Source of the DNA: Desulfomonilia bacterium
Lineage (GTDB): Bacteria > Desulfobacterota > Desulfomonilia > UBA1062
Direction of reading: 5' to 3'
NCBI GenBank assembly: GCA_050014195.1
Contig: JBEKDT010000011.1
Location: 96,001 to 160,000 of the forward strand
Length of the DNA stretch: 64,000 bases
Part shown: positions 1 to 8,820 of the stretch, one piece after another
Numbering within the stretch: position 1 is the stretch's first letter
Layout: each line of letters begins with the position of its first letter
Notes under the pieces: model-generated
Database searches by the model: none
What the model saw: only the letters and a program-made list of their open reading frames with translations
Told to the model about the DNA's origin: nothing
Made by a program: the position numbers and the translations under genes

Positions 1-50
1 TTGCAGCCAATTCCATAATATCTCCCAATAGCAATGTGGGAGGTGTATGC

Positions 51-1217
51 GTGAAGGGGTCAATCGTTTTAAGATCAGATGTTAAAGTGCCTTACTGGGT
101 CGTTTCATGGCCGCACCAAGGGAAAGTCTATAAAATAACAAAATACCCAGGCGAAAAAGAGCCTATGTACCAGCGTCATCCTAAAAAGGATCACGACATA
201 GGGTATAAAAAAGCAGAGAAGCTCCGTGCTCTCATGCAAGGAGATGAGGAACGAGGTATCTTCCGAATTGAGAAATTTATCGGAGAACACCTGACGGATA
301 TCATTCCATACCTTGAAAACTGGCTTGAAGATCGCCGTCCCAATCTTACACCAGGTGGATATATCAAGTATCGTACAGCAGTCAGGAATTACCTTATTCC
401 ATTCTTTAAAGAACATCCTGTAATGCTCCATGAGATTCGTTATGATACACTTGTCAGACTTCTTAATTGGGTAAAAGGATCAGGTAAACATAAGAAGAAC
501 GTAGTAGATACACTACGGTGCTGCCTCAGATACGCATGGAAGTCTGAAAGGATACTGGCAATCCCTCCTTTCCCAGAGAAACATCTCTATGACATCCGCT
601 CAAAACCCCCGATATGGTTGCCGAGTGATCGATATCAGGCCGTAATATCACAACTGCAAGACGAACATAAGCCATTCTTCATGTGGCTATATCTTCATCT
701 TAGGCGACCAGGTGAAGCCATGGCATTGAGGAAGGAAGATTATGATGCGGAACAGGATGTTTTCATTATTCGCCGGGGAGTCAGTAATGGTGAAGTTATT
801 GAACGAACAAAGACCGGCGATATTCATCTCATTCCTTGCGCAGAAGAGTTCAAACCATACATGGAATCGATGCCAAAAACATTCGGACCATATTTCTTTA
901 CCTGTTCAGAAAGTAAGTCCGATGGAAAACGATATACGGGCAAACTTTACCGCAGATACTGGAAAGAAGCATGTGAAAAGGCCGGTGAAGATATTGACGT
1001 CTATCGTGGTACGAAAACCAGTAGGGCATCTCAGATGATCAATGAAGACGGTATGAGCATGCACGATCTCCAGATAGCTGGTGATTGGGCAAGTCTATCA
1101 TCCGTTGAGTCATATGCTAAAGCTAACATCGCAAAGAAGAGATCCTTGATAGATAGAAAGGTTATCCAACTTACGGGGCAATCACGGGGTAACACATCTG
1201 ATAAAAATGTTAAATAA
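51..1217 (+). CDS. Tyrosine recombinase / phage-type integrase
   Basis: ORF 36..1217; GTG at 51 follows RBS GGAGGT (39-44). Box I LRRPGEAMALRKED, KTG lysine and C-terminal catalytic Tyr (SVESYA). Ends 14 nt from a tRNA 3' end. Confidence 0.9.
   Translation: MKGSIVLRSDVKVPYWVVSWPHQGKVYKITKYPGEKEPMYQRHPKKDHDIGYKKAEKLRALMQGDEERGIFRIEKFIGEHLTDIIPYLENWLEDRRPNLTPGGYIKYRTAVRNYLIPFFKEHPVMLHEIRYDTLVRLLNWVKGSGKHKKNVVDTLRCCLRYAWKSERILAIPPFPEKHLYDIRSKPPIWLPSDRYQAVISQLQDEHKPFFMWLYLHLRRPGEAMALRKEDYDAEQDVFIIRRGVSNGEVIERTKTGDIHLIPCAEEFKPYMESMPKTFGPYFFTCSESKSDGKRYTGKLYRRYWKEACEKAGEDIDVYRGTKTSRASQMINEDGMSMHDLQIAGDWASLSSVESYAKANIAKKRSLIDRKVIQLTGQSRGNTSDKNVK
1171..1192 (+). repeat. Putative integrase arm-type binding sites
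   Basis: TTACGGGGCAA then TCACGGGGTAA in tandem, about 40 bp from the tRNA 3' end. Confidence 0.5.
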
Positions 1218-1231
1218 AATCAATTAGAAAC

Positions 1232-1308
1232 TGGTCGGGAAGCGGGGATTTGAACCCCGGACCCCAGCGTCCCGAACGCTGTGCTCTACCAGGCTGAGCC
1301 ACTTCCCG
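1232..1308 (-). tRNA. tRNA-Pro (anticodon CGG)
   Basis: Reverse complement CGGGAAGTGGCTCAGCCTGGTAGAGCACAGCGTTCGGGACGCTGGGGTCCGGGGTTCAAATCCCCGCTTCCCGACCA: 77 nt, anticodon stem CAGCG/CGCTG around TTCGGGA, T-loop GTTCAAATC, encoded CCA. Confidence 0.97.
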
Positions 1309-1362
1309 AAACCAGAGTCTATCTATAGAAAAGAATCGTTTGCGAAGTCAAGAGTGTTCGCG

Positions 1363-2133
1363 TCAATGGGCCTTGTTTTCAAACGTAATAAAATCCTCGC
1401 GCACCACCCTATGATCCATCTGGTTCCTTACATCCAAGGGGTATTCCCCCGGATTGAACGCAAACAGATCCTTGCCAAGCCTCTGCAGCGGTATGGCAAA
1501 CTCCACATTAAAGAACAGCTCGCTCCTGTCCCGGCCGGCCTGAAGCGCATCATTCCTCCCCCCTAAACTGACAAAGAGCGGCTTGATGGGATGTACCTGG
1601 ACCATTATTGACATGCCGCTCATGTTATCCCTGTCTCTGCCGGCGTAATAATAGATTCCTGGCCACAGAGAGACAAAGGGGGCATTGGGGAGGGGGACGC
1701 CGAAGGTCAGGTCAATGCCCGGCAAAGCCTCCTCGCCACTATGCTCACCGGATACCGGCGCATACAGATTCATATGTCCTGAAAAGTTAGGGTGATATAC
1801 CTCAAGACCGGCACCGAATCTTTTATAGGAGTTGTCTGAGGTATAATCGTAGAAAAGGTTGCCGCCGCCAAGCATCATACCGTTCAGTATAGGCTGCCTG
1901 CCGCCGACTCCAAGATCTATACCCGGCTTACCTCCCCTAAGGGTAAGCATGGGCTGTGAGAATAAGGACATGGAATCAAGCTGTGAGAGCCACACAAAGG
2001 AATCGGCATAATAACAGGGATTTGACTCATTCGAGACCTTGATGCCGCCCCCCGCCCATATGAGATCCGGCCCGGCAGCATAAAGCACGGACCCGGCCAG
2101 GCAGAATATGGCAACAATAATGAGTTTCTTCAT
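1363..2133 (-). CDS. Inverse-autotransporter (invasin/intimin) beta-barrel domain protein, no passenger
   Basis: Signal peptide; DLGVGGRQ..GGNLFYDY...KRFGAGLE...NLYAPVSG and terminal RVVRE resemble the IAT beta domain. Confidence 0.7.
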   Translation of the reverse strand: MKKLIIVAIFCLAGSVLYAAGPDLIWAGGGIKVSNESNPCYYADSFVWLSQLDSMSLFSQPMLTLRGGKPGIDLGVGGRQPILNGMMLGGGNLFYDYTSDNSYKRFGAGLEVYHPNFSGHMNLYAPVSGEHSGEEALPGIDLTFGVPLPNAPFVSLWPGIYYYAGRDRDNMSGMSIMVQVHPIKPLFVSLGGRNDALQAGRDRSELFFNVEFAIPLQRLGKDLFAFNPGEYPLDVRNQMDHRVVREDFITFENKAH

Positions 2134-2193
2134 AGCAACTCCTCCTCATGCAATTCTTGATCACTAAAAAACATGCTTCATCTACAATATGTC

Positions 2194-3210
2194 TTAAGCT
2201 CTCCACAATGGTTTGATGCCCACACAAATATCTTCAGGCTTCAAAATGGTCAAGGTCTCATTATGGAGCATTCCCATATAATTGATCTGACTTGTATCGA
2301 ACGGCGGTATATTAACACGGGGACATATCCTGATATGCGGTGTGAATAGGTGGTTAGCCAAGAGAAAATACGTGGACAAGTTCAGACTGCACATGTTCAG
2401 GGAATCAATATAGCTCATCACTTTCAAAACTCCACTCACCAGTTCTTGAAGGATCTCTCCTCGGATGTCTTCAGGTGATCTCACACCCTTAAGGACACCT
2501 ATGATATCGAAGATCCCCATGGGTGCAAACGCCACGATCCATGAGATGTCTTTTGTGGAGGCGATCATTCGCTCTCCCCTCATATTCTCCTCCTTCACAA
2601 GATCGGACCAATAACCGCTCCCATGCTCATCCTGGTACTGGGAAAGGGCAGCCACAGCGTATGTATAGTAGTTGGTAGGCGAGCTTGATGCTGCAATCTG
2701 GAGATGGGGATGAATGATTGACCCACCGGCCTGGGGCATATAGTTCCAGTTCACCGACTGGTAGATCATGTCATTCTGCTTGGCGATAACGTCGGTGAGA
2801 TACTGAAAACAGCACTCAAATGCATCTGTCATGACCTCAGTGGTAAATTCGTTCAGCGCGACAAAATGCTCACTTGTCATCACGGTGACAGCCCCGTTTT
2901 CATCATAGGGAAAGGCATTGGGAACACATAATGCCTGGCCTTGCGAATATCGTTCCTTGTTTGCAAGGTCCGGGTGAAATTTAGGTGTGACATACTCTAC
3001 AAGCTCCGGGCAGAACGGGCAGAACTGTCTGGAGGTCTTGATGAGTCCGGTAAGATCGGACTTTTTGACCTCTCTCACGGGGAAATCCAGGATGCGGCTT
3101 GTATGGCCGGTAAGGGGATCATACCGCACCTCGGAGTAACGCTTGACCTCGTCATATCCACGTGAGGGGTCTAAAAATCGTGATGTTTTCAATACCTTAA
3201 CAAATTCCAT
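2194..3210 (-). CDS. Galactose-1-phosphate uridylyltransferase-like (GalT/HIT)
   Basis: EVRYDPLTG, CPFC, PNAFP and GGSIIHPHLQ (HPH) motifs; start at MEFVK. Confidence 0.85.
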   Translation of the reverse strand: MEFVKVLKTSRFLDPSRGYDEVKRYSEVRYDPLTGHTSRILDFPVREVKKSDLTGLIKTSRQFCPFCPELVEYVTPKFHPDLANKERYSQGQALCVPNAFPYDENGAVTVMTSEHFVALNEFTTEVMTDAFECCFQYLTDVIAKQNDMIYQSVNWNYMPQAGGSIIHPHLQIAASSSPTNYYTYAVAALSQYQDEHGSGYWSDLVKEENMRGERMIASTKDISWIVAFAPMGIFDIIGVLKGVRSPEDIRGEILQELVSGVLKVMSYIDSLNMCSLNLSTYFLLANHLFTPHIRICPRVNIPPFDTSQINYMGMLHNETLTILKPEDICVGIKPLWRA

Positions 3211-3375
3211 TGGATATATCATTACACTATGGCGGGCATTTGGGTCAAGGAGATAAGCCCCCAGACACGTAAGGGTTTTCTTCCATAAACACGATGTATC
3301 CTTGATCAATACACCTCGTCCCGGTATAATTCATTTTCATTAAATTCTAATAAATCCGGAGGAGAAACATTTCAG

Positions 3376-3585
3376 ATGGATTGTATTATAAACAAAAACA
3401 TACAGTCATGTAGATGCACTTACGAATCCTGCAGCAGGAGGGGTCAGTGCTGTGAATGTGTCAGGTATCACCGGGATAAAGGCCAGCTTCCCGGGTGCTT
3501 CTTCCCCAAGGATATCGAGAAGACCTACGACCGGTCCATTGAGCGGTTTTTCAAGACGTATCAGGAACGGGGGAAGTGGTGGTAG
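3376..3585 (+). CDS. Small Cys-rich protein (DUF6485-like)
   Basis: RBS GGAGG; CxCTY..CSRRGQCCECV.YH...QLPGCFFP pattern. Confidence 0.75.
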   Translation: MDCIINKNIQSCRCTYESCSRRGQCCECVRYHRDKGQLPGCFFPKDIEKTYDRSIERFFKTYQERGKWW

Positions 3586-3592
3586 CATTTTC

Positions 3593-4237
3593 ATGAAAGA
3601 TACCCTGCTTGCCAGAAAGAACATGGTCAATGAGCAGCTCATAAGCCGCGGCATAAAGGACCAGCGCGTGCTGAATGCCTTTCTGGAGGTCCCACGGCAC
3701 AAGTTCGTCGAGGAATATCTTAAATACAAGGCATATGATGACTACCCGCTGTCCATAGGATATAACCAGACAATTTCCCAGCCCTACATGGTGGCCCTCA
3801 TGACCGAGGCCTTGGCGCCGAAGCCTGATGAGAAGATCCTGGAGATCGGCACGGGCTCGGGGTACCAGGCTGCAATACTATCACGCCTCTGCTCTGCGGT
3901 TTATACCATTGAGCGCATCAGCGCACTGGCGTCCCGCGCGAGGAAGGTCTTGGATGAACTCGGTTACTTCAATGTCCACATCCGGGTCGGTGACGGCACC
4001 ATGGGTCTGCCTCAGGATGCACCATATGATGGGATCATAGTCACTGCAGGAGCCCCGCATGTGCCTGAGGCCCTCATCGAGCAGCTCAGGGAGGATGGCA
4101 GGCTTCTCATACCCATAGGTGATCAGAGCATCCAGGATTTAAGACGTCTTACGAGAACCAAAGACGGAGTCAAAGAGGAATCGCTCGGCGGCTGCAGGTT
4201 TGTGAAACTGATCGGGAAGCATGGATGGCAGGACTGA
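3593..4237 (+). CDS. pcm: Protein-L-isoaspartate O-methyltransferase
   Basis: VPRHKFV, QTISQPYMVA, LEIGTGSGYQAA, APYDGIIVTAG. Confidence 0.95.
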   Translation: MKDTLLARKNMVNEQLISRGIKDQRVLNAFLEVPRHKFVEEYLKYKAYDDYPLSIGYNQTISQPYMVALMTEALAPKPDEKILEIGTGSGYQAAILSRLCSAVYTIERISALASRARKVLDELGYFNVHIRVGDGTMGLPQDAPYDGIIVTAGAPHVPEALIEQLREDGRLLIPIGDQSIQDLRRLTRTKDGVKEESLGGCRFVKLIGKHGWQD

Positions 4238-4437
4238 GTGAACAGTGAACAAAGAATAGCGGCTTGTTGATACCGTTGTATAGAAATTTATTTTGTATAC
4301 ATTCTTCATGAAGTATTAGACGACAACCAACAGTAAGTCAGTAAATCTGAACGGGCAAAACTGACGTCTGAATCCTTAGAACCCAGTTAAGTAATATCCC
4401 TGTGAAACTCTCCTTAAAGACGAGCACTATCAACGGA

Positions 4438-4465
4438 ACTGATCACTGATCAGTGACCACTGATA
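4438..4465. repeat. Heptamer tandem repeat, ACTGATC x4 degenerate
   Basis: ACTGATC ACTGATC AGTGACC ACTGATA abutting the hisH stop. Confidence 0.7.
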
Positions 4466-4466
4466 C

Positions 4467-5078
4467 TTACACCTTCCCATTCCACTTACTGAAATTCTCA
4501 AGGATCTTCAGACCGGGGTGTCCGCTCTTTTCCGGGTGAAACTGGGTTGCAAAGACGTTCTGACGGGAAATGGCCGAGGCGAACTCGATCCCATAAGTGG
4601 TCTGCGCCACGACATACTGCTCTTCGGCAGGGTCGGGATAATAAGAATGGACAAAGTAGAACCAGGCATCACTTTCTATGCCGTATAAGAGCGGGTGGTC
4701 CTTTGTCCTGACAATGGTGTTCCACCCCATGTGGGGTATCTTCTCGCCCATATCAGGAAATTTTCTGACAGTACCCGGAATAATCCCGAGGCACGTTGCT
4801 GTGTCCTCTTCGCTGGATTCAAAGATGATCTGCGTACCAAGACATATGCCCAGGAAGGGTATACCTCGAGAAATCACTTCGGATATGGTGATGTCGATCT
4901 TGAGCTCGCGTATTGTCTCCATGGCCTTGCCTGCAGCGCCCACTCCTGGGAAGATGACGCGCTCAGCCCCCAAGATGTCTGAGGCGTTTGCAGTAATGGC
5001 ACAGGGTAGTCCCAGGTGTTTGAGAGCCCGCTCAACGGATCTCAGGTTGCCGGCCCTATAGTCGATAATGGCAATCAT
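4467..5078 (-). CDS. hisH: Imidazole glycerol phosphate synthase, glutaminase subunit
   Basis: IIDYRAGNLRSV, PGVGA, LGICLG, PHMGWN, YFVHSY, TQFHPEKS. Confidence 0.96.
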   Translation of the reverse strand: MIAIIDYRAGNLRSVERALKHLGLPCAITANASDILGAERVIFPGVGAAGKAMETIRELKIDITISEVISRGIPFLGICLGTQIIFESSEEDTATCLGIIPGTVRKFPDMGEKIPHMGWNTIVRTKDHPLLYGIESDAWFYFVHSYYPDPAEEQYVVAQTTYGIEFASAISRQNVFATQFHPEKSGHPGLKILENFSKWNGKV

Positions 5079-5202
5079 GGCCCGTACACCTTAACATCGT
5101 TCAGATGTAACCCTTGTGGCTGCCCATTGACACGCATAAAAGGGAGAAACAAATGATCCATGAACATAGTGGCCGACCTGCAATATAGGTGAAGTAAGCC
5201 GC

Positions 5203-5625
5203 TTATAATGCGATCCAGGCACCGATATAGGCTATCACCAGCCCTACAAGCAGGGCTATGGATCCCACCTTCGTCCTTGTTTCAGCATTTGTGAGCAGAC
5301 CCAGATAGCCAGTGAACTTCTCCTGCTGCTGCTCAGATGGATTTAACATGGGTGAGATCATGCGGATAGTATCGATGATCTTAGTAAAGGTGGTCTCCTT
5401 CACCAGCAATACGATGCAGCTTGCAATGATGACGATGTATCCGTTCAGCATCATGAAGGTGCCAAGGATGAATCCGGATATGCCTATCCTATGCTGAAGA
5501 TCATGCGAGGGCATTTCTATCTGAATGGGCGCCACAACCTCTTCGTGATGACCCTCACCACAACTCAGTACCATCATGGAACTGACGATCAAGACCATGA
5601 GAAGACCGGTTTTGCATATCTTCAC
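5203..5625 (-). CDS. Hypothetical membrane lipoprotein
   Basis: GTG start after GGAGG; lipobox-like VLSC; two hydrophobic segments. Confidence 0.6.
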   Translation of the reverse strand: MKICKTGLLMVLIVSSMMVLSCGEGHHEEVVAPIQIEMPSHDLQHRIGISGFILGTFMMLNGYIVIIASCIVLLVKETTFTKIIDTIRMISPMLNPSEQQQEKFTGYLGLLTNAETRTKVGSIALLVGLVIAYIGAWIAL

Positions 5626-5757
5626 GAAAAGGCCTCCAAATTCAATTTGCACCGAACTATACCTGCAGCTTCCAATTTGTGTCAACTCCCTTTAAAGTCT
5701 TCAAGGCTTTCATGCCGATCTATTATACAGACAAATACGTGCAGGAGGGTGATCCGC

Positions 5758-7128
5758 GTGGGTGAGTTTGATGATCTCATAGAGGAATTCGTAACCGAAT
5801 CAAAAGAGCATATAGCCGACATAGAAGACGATCTCATCAAGATTGAGTCAGACATGGAGCACGTAGACCCCGAGGTCATTAACCGGGTGTTCAGGGCGGC
5901 CCATTCCATAAAGGGCAGCTCAAAGTTTCTTGACCTCAACAACATCGGTGACCTCGCTCATAAGATGGAGGATGTGCTCAATCTTATCCGCTCAGGAAAG
6001 CTCATCCCATCCAGCGATGTAGCCGGGCCCCTGCTCATAGCGGCCGACATGTTAAAGAACATGCTTGAAGATGTAACCTCAAGCAATGATATGGATATCT
6101 CAGAGCACATCGTACAACTCCAGAAGATCCTGGATAGAGAAACGGCCGTAGAGAAAAAACCTCAAAAAGCCTCACAAGTCAAAAATGCGGCTGATCCACT
6201 TGCAATATTAGGCACAAATATGGATACCATCAGGACCAAGCTCGGCTCGACTCAAGTCTATATTATTACCATAGACACGGCAAAAGGCGATATGGATCAT
6301 ATCAAATCCGAGCTCAGAAACTTAGGTGAAGTCATCGCCCAGAAGACAACACCGGACGGCAAACTTGTAACACTCTTTGCCACCATTATGGAGTCTGACA
6401 TGGTCCCGCTCGCCCTGGGGTTGGACAAGGATTCTTTTATCCCAGTGAATGAATCTATGTTGAAATCAACGTCCCTACAGTCGCCGAAAACCAAACCTGA
6501 GGCCCAAGTGAAGCCGGTCCAAAAACCTGCCACGAATGTTGCAAAACAAGCAAAGCCCAGGCCTGTTGCAGTTGAAGAGGGAGAAGAGGAAAGCGAATAC
6601 CGTACCGTGTCTTATGATGAGCCCAATGCCAAGGAGATGATTGCCTCCCTTAAGGATGAAGTGCAAGCCGCCCAAAAGGAAGACAATACCTCCTTCATTA
6701 CCTTCACTCTCGACAACGAGGTCTATGCTGTACCAATACAGACCATCGAGGAAATTATCGGCCTTCAGGAGATCAGCCTGCTGCCCAATGTCCCTGATTT
6801 CATCAAAGGGGTCATCAATCTGCGCGGTGAGATCGTGCCCATTATGGATCTTAGGCTCAAGTTCGGACTCGAATCCAAGGAATACACCCCATTTACCGTT
6901 TTCCTCATCGCGCGGGTGGACGAACGGCTCATGGGCATGGTGGTGGATAACGTGGCCGATGTACTCGTTATCGAGCCGGCCAAGGTCCAGAAGAAGCCGG
7001 CTTTCTCAGCCAAGATCTCTACTGATTTTATCGATGGGGTCTATAAGGATGCCCAGGAAGACCTGGTAATCTTGGTGGATGTCCCTTCCCTCATCAAGCC
7101 CGAGGAGTGGGATCTGGCCTATATCTGA
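5758..7128 (+). CDS. Hpt(P1)-P2-CheW fusion: CheA-like N-terminus, no kinase domain
   Basis: FVTESKEH...VFRAAHSIKG (Hpt His) and a K/P-rich linker. C-terminal CheW: FITFTLDNEVYAV, GVINLRGEIVPIMDLR. No N/G1/F/G2 boxes. Confidence 0.85.
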   Translation: MGEFDDLIEEFVTESKEHIADIEDDLIKIESDMEHVDPEVINRVFRAAHSIKGSSKFLDLNNIGDLAHKMEDVLNLIRSGKLIPSSDVAGPLLIAADMLKNMLEDVTSSNDMDISEHIVQLQKILDRETAVEKKPQKASQVKNAADPLAILGTNMDTIRTKLGSTQVYIITIDTAKGDMDHIKSELRNLGEVIAQKTTPDGKLVTLFATIMESDMVPLALGLDKDSFIPVNESMLKSTSLQSPKTKPEAQVKPVQKPATNVAKQAKPRPVAVEEGEEESEYRTVSYDEPNAKEMIASLKDEVQAAQKEDNTSFITFTLDNEVYAVPIQTIEEIIGLQEISLLPNVPDFIKGVINLRGEIVPIMDLRLKFGLESKEYTPFTVFLIARVDERLMGMVVDNVADVLVIEPAKVQKKPAFSAKISTDFIDGVYKDAQEDLVILVDVPSLIKPEEWDLAYI

Positions 7129-7140
7129 TCCGGTATCTGC

Positions 7141-7629
7141 TCAAGGCTTTTTAGGAATGAAGAATGAGTAGATAAGCAGACCCACCATACCTGCAGAAAT
7201 CCAGGTGTCTGCCATATTAAAGGTCGGCCAGCGGTAAGACCCGATGTGAAAGAGTAAGAAATCCACTACCTCACTGAACATAAGCCTGTCCGTAAGGTTT
7301 CCCAAGGCACCCGCGATAATCAGGCTGAAGACCGCCTTGAGCATCCAGGAGTCATCTATTGTCCTCCAGAAAATAATGAACATGGCCCCACATGCGAATA
7401 CGGTGATGACGGCAAAAAACAGGGTCCGGTAAGCTTGGGGCAGGCCTTGCAACATGCCGAAGGCCGCACCTGTGTTCCTGGCATGAATAATGTCGAAGAA
7501 ACCGGGGACCACCGTAAACCCGCTGCCGATTTCCATATGGGTATAGACAAGCCATTTGGTCAACCTGTCTATGAGAAAGCAGGGAAGAGCCAGGAGGCCC
7601 ATCCAAACTGCCATTGTCTTAATCTTCAT
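7141..7629 (-). CDS. lspA: Lipoprotein signal peptidase II
   Basis: DRLTK, NTGAAFG, GALGNLTDR, VVDF, FNMAD. Confidence 0.95.
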   Translation of the reverse strand: MKIKTMAVWMGLLALPCFLIDRLTKWLVYTHMEIGSGFTVVPGFFDIIHARNTGAAFGMLQGLPQAYRTLFFAVITVFACGAMFIIFWRTIDDSWMLKAVFSLIIAGALGNLTDRLMFSEVVDFLLFHIGSYRWPTFNMADTWISAGMVGLLIYSFFIPKKP

Positions 7630-7823
7630 TTTACTGCCCTTACCCGTTATTATCGAAGATAAGTTAACTGTTTTGATTCAGACCTCACAAAGCATAAACA
7701 ACAGATGCATGCAAGATCAAAGAGCAAAACTTTTGAAACCGACTATGCTTTGATGCCTTAAGCACATGGTTTGGTATATCTGCTTCAAGTTGTTTTTATA
7801 AATGACCGAAGAGAAAGAGTAGA

Positions 7824-8201
7824 ATGGGATATAATATATTATTGGTTGATGATTCAAACGTGGTAAAGGCAGTGCTCATGAAGATCCTTGCCGGATCTTC
7901 TTTGACCATCAATCAGGTATTCGATGCAGCCAATGGTGTAGAGGCGCTGAAAGCCCTGAACGCGAATTCAATCGACCTTGTGATCACCGATATCAACATG
8001 CCTGTGATGGATGGTTTTGAGTTGATAGAAAGAATGCATTTAGACATCATGTTTAAGAATATACCCGTAATTGTCATTTCTACTGAAGGAAGTCTCACCA
8101 GGGTTTCATATCTCGAAGAAATGGGCATCAGGGGCTATGTGCGCAAGCCATTTGTTGCAGAGGATATACTTTCAGCCATCAACGAAGTACTGGGGGGCTG
8201 A
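7824..8201 (+). CDS. Single-domain response regulator (CheY-like)
   Basis: LLVDD, ITDINMPVMDG, ISTEG, KPF. Confidence 0.9.
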   Translation: MGYNILLVDDSNVVKAVLMKILAGSSLTINQVFDAANGVEALKALNANSIDLVITDINMPVMDGFELIERMHLDIMFKNIPVIVISTEGSLTRVSYLEEMGIRGYVRKPFVAEDILSAINEVLGG

Positions 8202-8202
8202 G

Positions 8203-8661
8203 ATGGGGGATAATCCTACCGAATGTCTTATGGAGGCCCTCGGTCACGTGCTTGTCTCCATGGTGTCTATGTCGCCGCGCATAACTGAAGCCAAGGATAT
8301 GCCCGAGATGAAGGGTGATGCGTTTAATATACGAATCGAATACAGCGGCAAGCATGCAGGCGAGCTCGGTCTCATCATGGAACGTCCCCTTGCATCGCAG
8401 ATTGCCGCACGTATTCTTGGTTTGGGAAGTATGGACGATGTCTACGATGACATGATCGAAGATGCAGTGCGTGAGCTTATCAATGTAGTATGCGGGCATT
8501 TTGTTACGCTGATGTACGGTTATACACCGGTTTTAAAGATTTCCATGCCCAAGGTGTTCCTTCTCGGGAGCCCGGCGTGTAATGTGCTTTTGGCAAACCC
8601 GAATGTCTGCACAATCATGGTGGATGATTTTCCATTATTGGGTCTGGTACGAGTCCGGTAG
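8203..8661 (+). CDS. CheX-family phosphatase-like protein
   Basis: EDAVRELINVVCG (ExxN) motif; starts 1 nt after the CheY-like stop. Confidence 0.8.
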   Translation: MGDNPTECLMEALGHVLVSMVSMSPRITEAKDMPEMKGDAFNIRIEYSGKHAGELGLIMERPLASQIAARILGLGSMDDVYDDMIEDAVRELINVVCGHFVTLMYGYTPVLKISMPKVFLLGSPACNVLLANPNVCTIMVDDFPLLGLVRVR

Positions 8662-8820
8662 AGATCCAGGCCTTTAAAATTTATCTCTGTCCATTTTCAC
8701 TCTCCTGTCCAGTTCAAATTTGTAACCTGCATTGAGGTATGCCCGATTCATCCGACAAGTGTTAAGAGCCCTTATCACGCTATCATGTGAGAGTGGCAGT
8801 CTCTGAAGGAGGTAAGATTC

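Larger units (their letters stand above)
1..1260. mobile_element. Edge of a prophage or integrative element inserted at tRNA-Pro; element extends left of the window
   Basis: Integrase converges on the tRNA CCA end, with tandem 11-bp direct repeats at 1171-1192. The second att copy is not visible in the window. Confidence 0.7.
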
